The position numbers and the translations under genes were made by a program. Below, in pieces: positions 24,591-39,197 of a DNA stretch of 64,000 bases. Source of the DNA: Octopus vulgaris (taxonomy: Eukaryota); NCBI GenBank assembly GCA_951406725.2, contig OX597831.1, positions 9,114,001 to 9,178,000 of the forward strand, in the 5' to 3' direction. Each line of letters starts with the position of its first letter. Within the stretch, counting starts at the first letter, position 1. The notes beneath the pieces are model-generated. The model saw only the letters and a program-made list of their open reading frames with translations. It ran no database searches and was not told the DNA's origin.

Positions 24591-25527
24591 ATATATATAT
24601 ATATATATGTATATATATTATATATATACATATATATTTATATATATTTATATTTATATATATATGCACACACACACGTATATATATGTGTGTGTGTGTG
24701 TGTGCGACCGTGTGTGTGTACGTATACATACATATATATATGTGTGTGTGTCTGTATGCGTGCATAAAAATGTATGTATTATTACACCATTATATACATG
24801 TGCGTATGCGCATGTGTGGTTGTTGTGTGTGCGTATACATACATGCATATATATATGTGTGTGCACATATATATATGTGTATGTGTTTGTGTATACATAC
24901 ATGTGTATATATATATATATGTATATTTATCTATCTATCTATATATATATATATACACACACATACATATGTGTTATATATATATTTATATCTATATTTA
25001 TACAGGTGTGTGTCTATGCATGCATAAAAATCTGTGTATTATAACAGCATTATATTTATATATGCGCGTGTGTGTATGTGTGCATATATGCGTATAGAAA
25101 CGTCTGTGCGCGCAGTTATATATTTAATCTGTTCCCTTTTGGTTCCTTTTGCTCTCTTCTCGGTCATTGAAACGGACTTGTTTAATGTCCCTTTTTCGAA
25201 TGATTTTCATCTAAGCACAGATTGTACAACCACTTTGAACCGATCGCTTTGCGTAGCTAAATACGTTGTAGATAAAAATGCAGTCATAGAATAATCTCTA
25301 TTTATTTCTTGTACTAATAAAACCTCTTGTATGACCAAATGCACAACATATTCTGATTGATATGGCAGATTAAGCATTGTCCGAGTTGTTGGCCTATAAA
25401 AGCAGTGGAGGGCACTGCTGTGCTATGCTTTCTAGAGTAGGTTAAATTGGTAACGACGGGAATTTCTTCATCAAATTGGAAGATATATATACATATGTAC
25501 ACATACACACACATATAAACACGCATA

Positions 25528-25579
<52 letters not shown>

Positions 25580-26705
25580 CGTATATATACGTCAGGCTCC
25601 TACTTCTGAAATAGTCCTCTTGGTCGGGGGTCTTTAACTTGAAGGAATGTTCCCAAGTCTAGTGTAGTGAGGCTGAATCTGAAACCACGTAAAGCGAACC
25701 TTTTCACCACTAAACCATATAGAACGAAACTTTTCACCATTAATCCACGCCTGCCCCTTTTTTTGAAATCCGTAATCTAAGCCACCGTATTTGCTTATAG
25801 TTTTGGAAAGAAAATATAATTTATATTTTGCAAGTCCCTAAGCACTTTATTGCGCTACTCCAAATTGATGTCTCCTCATTGAGATGTTTCAATAAAGTAT
25901 AATACTTAACTCACATTAGAAATTTAAAATGAAACAGAAAGCTTTATTGATCTTCGAGTTCTGCGGTGATCTGTGAGAATATTATTAGAATTTAAAACCA
26001 TTAAGTGATCGATTAAAGAGAACTAATTAAATCTTAATGAAATAAAGATACGAAGATCAAAGAAGGATGTCTTTACCATTAGAAGAAGTTAAAATAGAAG
26101 GATGTGTGATTGTAATGAATGGAAAAACAATTTAATGCGAAACTTTTGAAGAAATAATTTTGGGGTAACGTTGTCAATGGCGTAAAATATCTTTCGTGGG
26201 GAAATTTAGTAACACAAGGCAGAAAACTGGTGGTAAGTTCTTGCGTCAGTTCCCCCTCTCAATCTCTAGTCGTGGAATATGACCGTCGCATCGTCAGTGT
26301 TCTCTTGGGTACTAATACAAGGTGACCACCAAGCTTGCTGCTGGCACCATCCCTAAAACCATAAAGCCTAACCCTAATACATGGAAAGTAATATTGGTTT
26401 CAAGTGTTGGCACAAGGTCAGCAATTTCGAGCGTGGTCGGGTGGGTAAGACGTTTACATCGACTTTGTGCTCATAGCCCTAGCTGGTGGGGGTGCTTGCC
26501 TCCCCTTCGCAAATATATGGACACAGGAAATGGGTCAAAGCCGACAGGAAGCGTCGATGCTTCCTAGGGCTAAATAGCGGTGTTGTAATTCCCTTTACGG
26601 GACTGTCACGTTATGTTGACTGTATACAACCACTCTATCGCTCCACCACCGCTCATGTCTCTCTGAGACATTTAGAAATTTAATATGTCTAATTTCGATG
26701 ATTAA

Positions 26706-27055
26706 TCTATCGACCCCGAAAGAATGAAAAGTCAAGTTCGGTGGAATTTGAACTCAGAACGTAGCAACAGACGGACTGCCACTGAGCACTTTCCCCGGTT
26801 CACTAACGATTCTGCCAGCCTCCGCTGCTTTACGCACGGAAACTAACATCGCAGGGTGGTGAGTTGGCAGAAACCGGTAACACGCCGGACAAAATGTTTA
26901 GCAGCATTTCGTCCGCTGCTTCGTTCTGCATTCAAATCCCGTCCAGGTCGACCTTGCCTTTCATCGTTTCGGAATCGCTAAAATAGTTATCTCTGAGGTC
27001 GATGCAATAGACTAACTCACTCCCCACAAATTGCTGGCATTGTGCCAAAATTTGC
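26706..27055. mobile_element. Two diverged, divergently oriented SINE family A copies
   Basis: Minus copy 26706-26830, plus copy 26853-27055. Confidence 0.65.
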
Positions 27056-27469
27056 TATCAATTTTACAACCACATCAAATAGAAAGCACATTCAGACGCA
27101 CGACACACACGCACTTGTTTCTGTATCAGATTTATATAAAGAGAGTGTGAGAGCTTTTAAATAGATGTCAAAACAAACGCGTTATCTGGTTTATTTTCCA
27201 TTTACAAGGCATAATGCACGTTTCTAAATTCCTTTCTCCATTGTGTCATAGACAGTCCACACCTAACATAAATTTCGAAACCAAAATATCCGATTCCAAC
27301 ACTCATATCTTCGCACAATATCGCAGAATAAAAATGTTATTGTCTTTAGGAAAAAAAAAACCCACCTATCCTCTAAAACGAAAATAAAAACATTTCTAGA
27401 ACGGCTTTTGTCCAAATACGATGTCATTCACAGCTGATAAGATTAGCGCAAGGAAGCTTATGTTAAATA

Positions 27470-28050
27470 TCTACTTTTCTACTCTTGGCTCAAGGCCCGA
27501 AATTTTGCGGGAGGGGACCAGACGATTATATCGACCCCAGTACTCAACTGGCACTTAATTTATCGACCCCAAAGGGATGAAAGACAAAGTCGACCTCGGC
27601 GGAATTTGAACTGAGAACGCAACGGCAGACGAAATACCTATTTCTTTACTACCCACAAGGAGCCAAACACAGAGAGGACAAACAAGGACAGACCGAGGGA
27701 TTAAGTCGATTATATCTACCCTAGTACTGGTACTTAATTTATCGACCCCAAAGGGATGAAAGGCTAAGTCGACCCCCGCGGGATTTGAACTCACAACGTA
27801 ACGGCAGATGAAATACCTATTTCTTTACTACTCACAAGGGGCTAAACACAGAGAGGACAAACAAGGACAGACAGACGGATTAAGTCGATTACATCGACCC
27901 CAGTGCATAACTGGGACTTAATTTATCGATCCCGAAAGGATGAAAGGCAAAGTCGACCTCGGCGGAATTTGAACTCAGAGCGTAGCGGCAGACAAAATAC
28001 CGCTAAGCTTTTTGCCCGGCGTGCAAACGTTTCTGCCAGCTCGCCGCCTT
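27470..28050 (-). mobile_element. SINE family A trimer
   Basis: One head at ~28050 followed by three body repeats of ~185 bp. Confidence 0.85.
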
Positions 28051-28051
28051 C

Positions 28052-28672
28052 AACGCCTTGGCAAAGTCGAGATATATCACATCCATATTTGAATGGTTGA
28101 GCTGATGTTTTAGTACCCAGTCGAAGTGCTGTAGTAGCTGTGTTAGGCAGCTCCGTCCAGGACGGAAACCATGTTGCGTGTCTGTAAGCAAGTCATTTTC
28201 CCCTGGGAATGAGGTCAGTCTTTTTCTGAAAATGCGTTAATAAGTAGCATCTGATCCATGCTAGCATGGCTAAGTAGACATCTTGCTGGCATGTGAGGTC
28301 AGAGAGATCAGTCTGGAGTTTATAGCATCTACTCTGCTTCCTCCTTTGTGGACCCGACAGATTATTCCTTCTTTTAACATTTGAAGGAAATGTACCGCAT
28401 TCAAGAGAACTCTGGAAAAGCATTTGCAGGGGTTTTGCAAGGGTTTTCTTGCACGTTTTTAACAGAAATGCTGGGAGTCCCATCGGGGCTTGTTGCGGAG
28501 TTTGGATTTATCTCATTAATGACCGACAATAGGGTCTTCTGTAGGGTCAATGTAACTGATGGTCACCTTTTTCTCTTGTAGGTTAGAGGTGTTGAAAAGC
28601 TCATCAGGTCTGCTTCTTTTCATGTTTTCTGGTGGGAAGGTGAAAACACTTCGCAATTGTTTATTGAGTGCT
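28052..28672 (-). pseudogene. CR1/Jockey-group LINE reverse transcriptase fragment
   Basis: [10 protein letters not shown]; FLLKTCKKTLAKPLQMLFQSSLECGTFP; QHGFRPGRSCLTQLL..DVIYLDFAKA; frameshifted. Confidence 0.88.
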
Positions 28673-28726
28673 TGACTTACACACACACACATGCAAGCAT
28701 ACACACACACACACATATATATATAC

Positions 28727-28776
<50 letters not shown>

Positions 28777-28903
28777 ACAACCATATATACATATATATAT
28801 ATATATTTACACACACACACACACATATACATACATATTTATATATACATATACATACTTACATATATGTATATATATATATATACATACATACATACAT
28901 ATT

Positions 28904-28946
<43 letters not shown>

Positions 28947-29461
28947 GTGTGTGTATGTAATTGCTCTACCGATTCACTTTAGTCGTCTAGTTTCCTTCAA
29001 CATTAAAAATTCTCATATTTCAACGAAAGAAAGTAAAGTTATATGTTCCTCGAATTACATACTTAATTGTTTCCCATTAATTAAAAGCACATATTTCCTT
29101 ACTCTAAATTCATTTGAGTTAAATACCGCCCCTCTTTGATGTTCGAATCTTCATCTTCATTATGTTGCAATTAGTTCTCTTTAATTGTTCCATTAATGCT
29201 TTCAACTGTTAATAAATAACATTCTTACAGAACCCCCTTTTGCTCAAACATTGATTTAACTGTCTCATATAAGTTAAGTTAACCCTACAGTTTTAAGAAA
29301 CTTCTTCAAGAAGCTCTTATATATATATAAGCGTATCTAAGAGATACCACCATGCTCTTAGATACTCTTATTTATAATTTTTATAAATATTATAAGCTAT
29401 CAGGTTTGTCTTCCCATGCTTCTCCTTGATTTGATCGCTATTTAAAATAATGATCTTATCC

Positions 29462-29600
<139 letters not shown>

Positions 29601-30218
29601 ATACGAGCAAAACGCCCCCCGTCCAATGGACGGTGCTGCGTTGTCAAACATTTAAACCAAATTATCTCAAAACAACGTTTCGAACCGTCCCATAGGCCTC
29701 CCCTTTGAGAAACACTGATTTAACCTAAATTTGAGACACCAGCAAAAGAAGAAATAAAGATAGACTTTTCTTCTATTCCAAAGAAAATTGATTTTATTCA
29801 CACAAATATGCAACCGAAAATTTTAAAGTACCAACATGGTTTAAACAGTAAGCTTTACAGGAAAGAAACGTGCTTTTAAGCAGTACAAAAACAACAAAAA
29901 TGGGAAGGTGCAGTTATGTACAGGTTGACGGAAGAAAAGCAGGACAAAAACGGCTTTATCGATCGCATTCTCACCTGAAATCGATTTTTGTAATTTTTGC
30001 AAGACTTATACATGCCCTGATAACGTCAGTATCTACATATCAAATTTGAGCGCAATCAGATGGAGTATGCCTGAGATTCGAGAAGACACACAGACAGACA
30101 GAGCGGATTTTATATAGGATATATATATATATATATATGCTTGTGTCTCTGTATGTGCACACACATACACATGAGTATGTGTGTGTATTGTGTGTATATG
30201 TGTGTATATGTATTTATG

Positions 30219-30340
30219 TGGAGGCGCAATGGCCCAGTTGTTAAGGCAGCGGACTCGCGGCCGTAGGATCGTGATTTCTATTCCCAGACCGGGCGTTGTA
30301 AGCGTTTAATTGAGCGAAAACACTTAAAGCTCCACGAGGC
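30219..30340 (+). mobile_element. SINE family B head followed by (CTT)n
   Basis: Matches the 3058 head; (CTT)n at 30340-30407; inverted family B fragment at 30683-30820. Confidence 0.75.
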
Positions 30341-32689
30341 TTCTTCTTCTTCTTCTTCTTCTTCTTCTTCTTCTTCTTGTCCTTCTTCTTCTTCTTGTTC
30401 TTCTTCTAATCAGGACTAACGCCATTAGCCACAAAGAATAATCTCTAATTCGAAGCTACTCTAAGCTACTAAGAATGCTTGTGGCAATTTGAAGATTCAC
30501 CCACCAAACTGGCGGTTGCACGGGTGCGAAAGCTACGCTGTTATCCTCATTCCGTAAACGGTGGCTTTTAACGTGTGGAGAGCTGAACCATCCTGGGGTA
30601 CAGAGGATTCGCAATTTGGACTAGGGTCTGAAAGTTTACCAGACCATAGTGGGTTACACCATGGTTCCTCTGCTTTGTGGCAGAAGCAGGAAGAAAGAGT
30701 GAGAGAAAGTTGTGGTGAAAGAGTACATCGGGGTTTCCCTCCCCCGGAGCCTTGTGGAGCTTAGGTGTTTTTGCTCAATAAACACTCCTCACAATGCCCG
30801 GTCTGAGAATCGAAACCGCATTCAACCAGTATACGAAGTTTAAAAGTGTTTAGTTACGGGGAAATTATTTTTAAAAACTGCCGGTCAAACTGAAAGGATC
30901 CGAACCCTCGTCGTTGTAACCGACAGTGTGATGTAGTAATATGTATTTATATACATCCATGTACATTCTTCCTGACTAGATTTTTATTCGTTTCATAAAT
31001 ACAAAAAAAAAAGAAGAAAGGAATATCATTGTTAGAAATGTGTTATTCTTTTTTTCAGCATTTAATCATGTTGATTTTATTATGATTTATTATTTATGTT
31101 TCCAAATTCGTAAAATCTATATTATGTTTCTCTGTTTCGCATTATCTCCTTCCTGGTTTCTTCATCTGATATCTTCTTTTTCTTTGAGGTTTACTTCGGA
31201 TTTTCGTGAAAACATGTATTTTATTTTATTCTCTATTGAAATCATATTTCATATAATTAAATAATACAAGGTTCACCACGTTTTTTTTTGGGTGTTTTCT
31301 ATATAAAGTATGCAACCGAACTTACTAAAGTATGGAACCTTCCAAGAATATGCGGAGATTATTCTATTTTATCTGAATGCTGTATCTCCTTGATCTTCAA
31401 AGTGGTGAAAATTAAGAATTAATCTCTACGTAGAATAAATAATCAAAATCTAGGAAAAAGATCAATAGCTATAAAACATAATGGTAAAAAAACAACAACC
31501 TGGGTTCAACTACAATATTTAAAGAAATGCCTATAAATCTAACATTTAATAGTAAATAATAAAAAAGACGAATATTACATGTTTAATCAATAATTTTATT
31601 GTAATAAAAGATGTATACCGAAACACAATTGAAATGTTGTATTCTTTGATGGCTCAGAATATCGAAAAGTTACGATAGGACTTGCACTTAGAATCGTTGA
31701 TAATCAAAATCTTAAAGAAATATTCTCTCAGAAAGCAAAATATCACATGAACAAAAGATCTAATTTAAAAGAATAAATCTTCACGCATGAACCAAAATGT
31801 TTTCTCGTGCCAGATATCTATCATATGTCAGAGAAAATTTAAGGAATATTACCTTTAAAAAACAAAACGACGAGGAAAGGTGATATGTATTTATCCATCT
31901 ATCTGTTTGTCTTTATCTGTAGGACTGTCTGTCTGTATCTTTCCATCTGCATCCTCATCTATGAATCGATCGATCTATCAGTCAATCTACATCTATATAT
32001 GTATCTATATTTCTGTTTATAAACACTCACTCCCCCTCTCTCTCTTCCTCTCTCTCTCTCACTCACATACACTCACAGACAAACACACACACACACATGT
32101 ATTAGTCCTGGAGCAGTCATTCTGAAAGTGATGGAGCACTCATTTTCTGTAATCAAAATGTCACTGGAAGAAATAGTTGAAAAGTAGACATTTTACAAAT
32201 GCTTCTTCCTTCCCTTTATTTCTTCAACCTCTTCTTTGAGACTTTCACTCTGGCAACGTACCAGCATGATAATTCTTCTGCTCATTCTGCCAAACTACTG
32301 TAAAAAAGAATTCCTCATCATCACCTTGAGATAAAGACTTTGAATGGGTCTGGACATTGTCCAGAACTGAACCTTCCTGAAATATCTGTGGCAGGTTATT
32401 AAGCCAAATCTGAATTCAATAAATTTTCAAAGTATCAAATCTTTATTTGCAACTGTCCAGGGTGAATGGTACAAATTGCAGTTCACATTATTAAAAGACT
32501 CTGATAAAAGCATAGTTTAAAAAATTATAAAACAAGGTAATTTATGTGGAAGCATCGCTTGTTAAATTTTTGTCTTGAATAGTAAATTTTTAAACATTGC
32601 GTACGAATATTTTCAATATTTTTACGTTCTGATTATTTTTGTTTCATGTATGCAAGACTGATCAGAATTCTACAAGTACTGACTTAAAA

Positions 32690-32901
32690 TTTTGGCACAC
32701 GGCCAGCAATTTTGGAGGAGGGGGTAACTCGATTAAATCAACCCCAGTACTCAACTGAATAATTCTTTAATCGACTCCTAAAGGATGAAAGGCAAAGTCG
32801 CCCGACCTTTTCGCAATTTGATTTCAGAACGTAGCAGCGAACAAATTGCCGCAAAGAAATTTTTCCGCCGTATTTAATGGATTTTGCTAGTTCGCCGCCT
32901 T
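32690..32901 (-). mobile_element. SINE family A, diverged
   Basis: AAAGGATGAAAGGCAAAGTCG..GTTCGCCGCCTT. Confidence 0.7.
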
Positions 32902-33104
32902 CAGTTTTTTTCAAATATTAACATAGGTTTTGAAATATATATTAAGGATGTATATGTATAAAAGGGAACAAAAGAAAAAGACACATAGAAATACACATAT
33001 ATATATATACACGTATATATACTTGTATATATACATGTATATATATGTGTGTGTGTGTGTGTGTACATATATATGTGTGTGTATATATATAATACATGTA
33101 TATA

Positions 33105-33153
<49 letters not shown>

Positions 33154-33347
33154 TCTTTTACTCTCTTACTTGTTTCAGTCAATTGACTGTGGCCATGCTG
33201 GAGCACCGCCTTTAAAATATATTAATTATATTACCACGACTGCCACTGCGAAGTTCCTGGAGTAAATCTACGTGTTACAACAAGTAACCTAATCTGTGCC
33301 GGTGTTTTTCTAATCCTCTATTTATACATACCTATATATATATGCAG

Positions 33348-33388
<41 letters not shown>

Positions 33389-33406
33389 TAGTACATATAT
33401 GTATGT

Positions 33407-33456
<50 letters not shown>

Positions 33457-33535
33457 GTGTGTGTATGTGTGCATGAGCGTATACACAAAGTAAGAGACTG
33501 ATGATAACTTCAAAGCTTCAGTTTGCCCCCCCTTA

Positions 33536-33577
33536 CAGTCTGATGAAGGCCTGCGAGTAGAAACGTCGAAGTCACTG
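33536..33577 (+). ncRNA. Type I hammerhead-like motif, decayed stem II
   Basis: CAGT-CTGATGA-AGGCCTGCGAGTA-GAAAC GTCGAA GTC-ACTG; stem I CAGT/ACTG and core intact, stem II does not close. Confidence 0.55.
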
Positions 33578-33876
33578 ACAACCTTTTCGTTGTAAAATTT
33601 TAATAAGCATGTGCTCTACTAAGAAGTATTGAGTAATTCTTCAGTATAATATTCTTTTCTACTTTAGGTATAAGGCCCGAAATTTTTGGGGAGGGGGCCA
33701 GTCGATTAGATCGCCGCCTGTACACAACTGGTACTTAATTTTATCGCCCCCCCCCCACCTCGAAAGGCAAAGATCCACCTCAGCGGAATTTGAACTCGTA
33801 AAGATAGACGAAATAATGTTTACACACATACACGCACGCATACATATATATTTATACACATATAGACGCGCACACA

Positions 33877-33967
<91 letters not shown>

Positions 33968-34811
33968 ATTGAAGTCATACGAGACAAGTGTTAAAATACA
34001 AATTAGTGTCATTAATAAGTTCAGTCATTGAAGTCTGAAGCTACACTTTGTCACTTCTCCAAGCTTACCCAGAACCCCTCCGAGCTTGCCCAGAAGCCCT
34101 CCAAGTCCTTACGCTATTTAAGTTTTGAATTATTAAAACACACGGGGGTCAATTGTCTTTTGCTTCCGATGTTACAGGTCAGTGAAATGTTTCTCACAAA
34201 TAACTTCTGTTTAATGCTAGTACAAGCAAGCTGTCAACCAATGAGTAATTACCCTGTCTGCGAGTGTAATAAATATCTTAAAAGATATTTCGTTTACTTT
34301 CTTATTCGTGTTTGCATCATGTTTTCTCAACTTTTTATAGACTATATCAAATTTTTGCAATATATTTACACTTAAAAAGTGATATCGTTTGATAGCAGAT
34401 CTGACTTCAAAAGGTCAGATATTAACTCATACCGAAAGAGTAGAAGCATCAGATACTCACCAACTTAATGATATCTGCTCATTCAGTCACCCGAGCATAT
34501 GTCGTTCCAGCTAGAAAAACCTGTCTCTCGACTCCACTCGAACTCCATCTTTTTGCACCCGGTTTTGGTTATTTGTCTCTCTAAGCTTACGTGTTTGCGA
34601 GGGTGTTTTTAATGCACCTCGGCTTTCATGGTACTATGAGTCGAGAATTACGTGTGTTCTGAGCTTTGATAAGATGATACAGGTCAAGCGACTAAGTTTA
34701 ACGCTGCGTTTTGTTTTCTGTTAGCTTTCACTTTGGCTCAGGAGATGAACAGTTGTGTCAAGAAAGGTAATCGTGGCGTTTGTCTTGATGATTCAATATA
34801 GACTGGATGCT

Positions 34812-35000
34812 AAGGCGGAGACTTGGCAGAAACCTTTAGTACGCCGGGCGAAATAATTAGCGGTTCAAATTTTGCCGAGATCGACTTCGCCTTTCATCCT
34901 TTCGGGGGCGATAAATTAAGTACCAGTTGTGTACTGGGGTCGATCTGATCGACTGGCCCCCTTCCCCCAAATTTCGGACTTTGTGCCTAGAGTAGAAAAA
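34812..35000 (+). mobile_element. SINE family A (internal deletion)
   Basis: Head and core present. Confidence 0.75.
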
Positions 35001-35407
35001 AATATAGACCGGATGCTTCGAAACAACTAGATGTTCTACAGTCAAAGTGGGTCCACAAAGGTGTCGATCGATCTGCAAGTAACAACAAACTCTTACTCGC
35101 GTTATATCCAACAATCAGAATAAAGGATCACATCAGAAAATATGGCCCTAGATACGATGCACAATATTTGAAGAAAAAAAAGCACAATTTTCACTGTTAA
35201 AATTCCTATGGCCAGCTATTTCTCGCTCGGGGTAGATCTACCCCTAAAATTCCCCAAACCAGGGTAACACTACTCTGTTTCTGTATTCATCGATTTGTAC
35301 ACAATCGATTATCTATTTGTTCTTAATTGTTTTAGACTGCGGCCATGCTGTTGCACAGCCTTCGAAGATTTGGTCGATCAAACTGACTCCAGTATTTACC
35401 TGTTCGA

Positions 35408-35640
35408 AGGCGGTGAGCTGGCAGAGACGTTAGCACACCCGGCGAAATGCTTTGCGGTATTTTGTCTGCCGCTACGTTCCGAGTTCAAATTCCGCCGAGG
35501 TCGACTATGCCTTTCATCTTTTCGGGGTCGATTAAATAAGTAGCAGTTACGCACTGGGGTCGATATAATCGACTTAATCCGTTTGTCTGTCCTTGTTTTT
35601 TCCTCTCTGTGATTAGCCCCTTGTGGGTAGTAAAGAAATA
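35408..35640 (+). mobile_element. SINE family A nested in a family C SINE
   Basis: AGTATTT(A/G)CCTGTT at 35391-35404 and 35641-35654; host SINE spans ~35330-35950. Confidence 0.82.
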
Positions 35641-36348
35641 AGTATTTGCCTGTTTTAGACTGGAGTTATTTTATCGGCTCTTTAGTGAAACCTCTGAGTT
35701 ACGAGGAGGCAAATAAATCAATTCCTGTTCTCAAGCAGTGTGGGATGTGGGGTGAGAAACACACATACTTATACGCATATACATGCCAGGCCTAGATAGC
35801 GCTTCTGTCAACCAAATTCATTTACAAAGCAATTGTCGGCCTAGGGTTATAATAGAAGACACCAGCCCAAATAGCAACTCTGTAGTACCGAACCAGAAAC
35901 CACATGGGTGCAGAGCGAACATTTTAACCACGCAGCCATACTTGCGCCAGATTGTAATCTTTTTTTTTTTTGCCTGGCAACGGCGAGAAACTGTTTCCTT
36001 TAAACAAAACAAATATGGCAGGGTCTTCTGTTATTTTAGACTTAATTTCTAAATATTCGCCTCCTTTTATTTTTTTCTCTCCATTATTAATTTGCAAACC
36101 GTAGGTTTATCTTTGCTAATTAAGTGACATACATTGCTTTTATTGCTGCATCGAATAGGCTGGGGTGAGGGTTGAGTTCAGAAGGAAGGTTAGAAATTGT
36201 GAGATTAATATTCTGGATTAACAATTACTTTTCAATTTTAGCGGCAATTAAAGTAATGAAGTAATATAAAATGGCAACAAGAACAATTACAAAATAACAA
36301 AAAAACGGTAAGTGTGATTTTTCACATTCGCATTAGGCCACTGCGCTA

Positions 36349-36398
<50 letters not shown>

Positions 36399-36423
36399 TA
36401 CAACAACAACAATAATTATGATA

Positions 36424-36466
<43 letters not shown>

Positions 36467-36531
36467 CAATAATAATAATAACTACAACAACAACAATAAT
36501 CATGATGATGATGATGATGATAATAATAATA

Positions 36532-36720
36532 ATCTTGAGAAGTACATGGAACAAATAGGGGCTGCAAAAAGGGTGGAGCCTTTGCAGAAAGCATCACTGC
36601 TTGGAGCCGCACGAATATTCCTGAAAGGTGCTCGAAAAATTACAGGTTGTACATTAGTTCACTGGTAGTGAACAGCTGACACCGTAGCATATCTCCAGCG
36701 TTAAGAGCTGTGCAAAGGCA

Positions 36721-36721
<1 letters not shown>
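36532..36721 (+). mobile_element. R4/Dong-like non-LTR retrotransposon, short 3' end
   Basis: LEKYMEQIG..LQKASLLGAARI plus 3'UTR, between (TAA)n tracts. Confidence 0.75.
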
Positions 36722-36780
<59 letters not shown>

Positions 36781-36781
36781 A

Positions 36782-37486
36782 TAGACCAACTGTGATAAGT
36801 ACTGAATTGACAACACTACCGATAGTGACAAATGCAGACTGTGTGGAAAGAGGTGTGAAGCGTTATGGCACATCGTTAGCGAATGCCCCAAATTGGCACA
36901 ACGCGAATACAAAAGACATCATGACAATGTGACAAGAATGATTCATTGGGAACTCTGTGGAAATCACGTCCTAGAAAGAGCAAAGACGTAGTATGAGCAA
37001 ACTCCAGGAGTCACTGAAAATGAGAATTGCAAAATCTGGTGGGATGCAATGATCCAGTGCGATCACCTGACCAGACATCGGAAACCGGACATTGTTGTGG
37101 TGAATAAAAAAAGGAAGAACATGTATGATAATCGACATAGCTTGCCCCAGTGACAATAGGATCAATGTGAAAGAAGAAGAAGAAAATAAACAGTTATGAT
37201 GATTCAAAGTGTGAAATACGAAGGCTGTGGCCAATGAAGAGAGTAGACGTGATACCAATAGTAATTGGTGCACGTGTAGTATCAGCACTCAACCACCAAT
37301 ATGACTGAAAAAGATCGGTACAAATGTGAAGGTAGAACACCTACAAAAATCAGCATTGCTTGGAACTGCAAAAATTCTTCGCAAGGTTCTTGAAGTATGG
37401 CTAATAAAACAAGTGCCACCTTAGTCTGCTGGCTGTGGACAGCTGACACTTACCATCATACCCCGCAAAATAAGCTGTGAGTTATC

Positions 37487-37488
<2 letters not shown>
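36782..37488 (+). pseudogene. R4/Dong-like element 3' part: CCHC finger plus restriction-like endonuclease
   Basis: CRLCGK..HIVSECPKLAQREYKRHHDNV..IHWELC..KIWWD..HRKPDIVVV..IIDIACP..LQKSALLGTAKILRKVL; ends in (TAA)n. Confidence 0.88.
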
Positions 37489-37555
<67 letters not shown>

Positions 37556-37593
37556 TAATAATAATGATAATAATAATAATAGTAATAATAATA

Positions 37594-37787
37594 ATAGACC
37601 AAATATAGCAATCATAGATAAGGGAAAGCGAAGTTGCTCACTTATCGACCCCTGATGCCCGTTTGATTCCAGGATCGCAAAGAAAGAAGAAGAAAAACAA
37701 AGAAAATGCTCTCCCTTAAAATTTGAAATAGGAAGAATTTGGAGCATGGGAACAGCAAAGATCCTGCCTATAATAACTGGTGCTCTT
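37594..37787 (+). pseudogene. R4/Dong-like RLE fragment (different subfamily)
   Basis: NRPNIAIIDK..LIDP*CPFDSRIAKKEEEK..LKFEIGRIW..ILPIITGAL. Confidence 0.75.
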
Positions 37788-39157
37788 CTTTTTTGTGGTT
37801 GTACTTTTAATCATTTCCTGATTTAAAACCATCCCTTGTCGAGGGTGCTTTACATAGGATCATCTCTATCGTAAGCTTAACAGTCTCAGGATCTCTCATC
37901 TTCAACTCTGGAGATGGTGTAAAGGTTAATGTGTGATCCTTCTTTCCTTTCACTAAAAACCTTTAAAATGAAAAGCAGCAAAGTCATTTCCAACTTGCTT
38001 CTCCGTGTCATTTCATATCACATTTTTAGTGTATTACATCCATCAAACTCTATCGTGTTTCTCTTTAATCCAAGTGCAAGTTGTTTTCTTACAATCCTTG
38101 TAACTAATTTACTCTTATTTTCCCAGACCTGTATTTTATTCCATATTGTGTATACCAAGATATTTAATAGTCACAGCTTTACCGAATATCTACTCCGTCT
38201 GTGATTGCAGTTGTGTCTTGAGAATTCACAGCTCTGTTTTACTTGAAGCTATGTTTCTAATTATTTTTCTGGTTTATTGTTTCAATGTTACCTCAGAGCT
38301 TTTCTTACACTTTCGTTATTGGTTTTATAAATCAAAGCAAGCACTCTAGGATTATATAGGTGAGGGATGAATGAGTGTGCGTGATAAAAAAGACAAAAAC
38401 GACAAGCAGACGACAGCGGAGAGAAGAGAGTAAAGGAAATTACTTGGAAAACAGATTTTTTAAAAAATATTTTAGGTGAGGTGAGATAAAAGGAATACAC
38501 ATTTCATAAAAATTCTCTCAATAGTCAGATCTCACAGCATTTCAGAATGTTTACACATTAAGTAAAAGATTGATTCATACAAAAAGGAAAAAGAAAAAAA
38601 CCCGACTCCATTGAAATCTGGTCTTTGATGTTCGCTTTTGATTTTCAACCAATCTCTACTTATTTGTAATGTGGGCTCATTACTAATCTTTACAGCTGCT
38701 CTAATTTGACAGCTAGTTACTTCATATCAGATAAACAAGAGACACATGTTGTTTTGACTTACTTGCTATAGATTAGTATAACAAAAAACAAACTTTAAGT
38801 ATCTTAAAGAAACTCTAAAAAACCAGCTTTGTGGTTTCGGTTATTCACGAAACATCCACGATGTTTTTGTTGCGTGGTGTAAAACTAATCAAGGAATTTA
38901 TAACCACAACTGACCATCTTTTTTTTTCTACCAATAACTACATTATACAATGTATCCTTCGCGTTTTATAAATGCAAGATATGTAATCTGCGAGAAAATT
39001 GGCTGCTATTTCGAGCAGCGTGAGCGATACACTTGATGTGCCTTCATTAGTTCCAATAATTTCATTATAAATTAGAAACATTCTTTTGTCGAGTTCTGTT
39101 CATACCCACTTATTGATATTTCCGTTGATATAAGTTATACACTTAATACCACTATGT

Positions 39158-39197
<40 letters not shown>

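Noticed and set aside
37800-38330. Possible RT remnant on minus (IKYLGI)
   Set aside because: Single short motif amid stops; not enough to call
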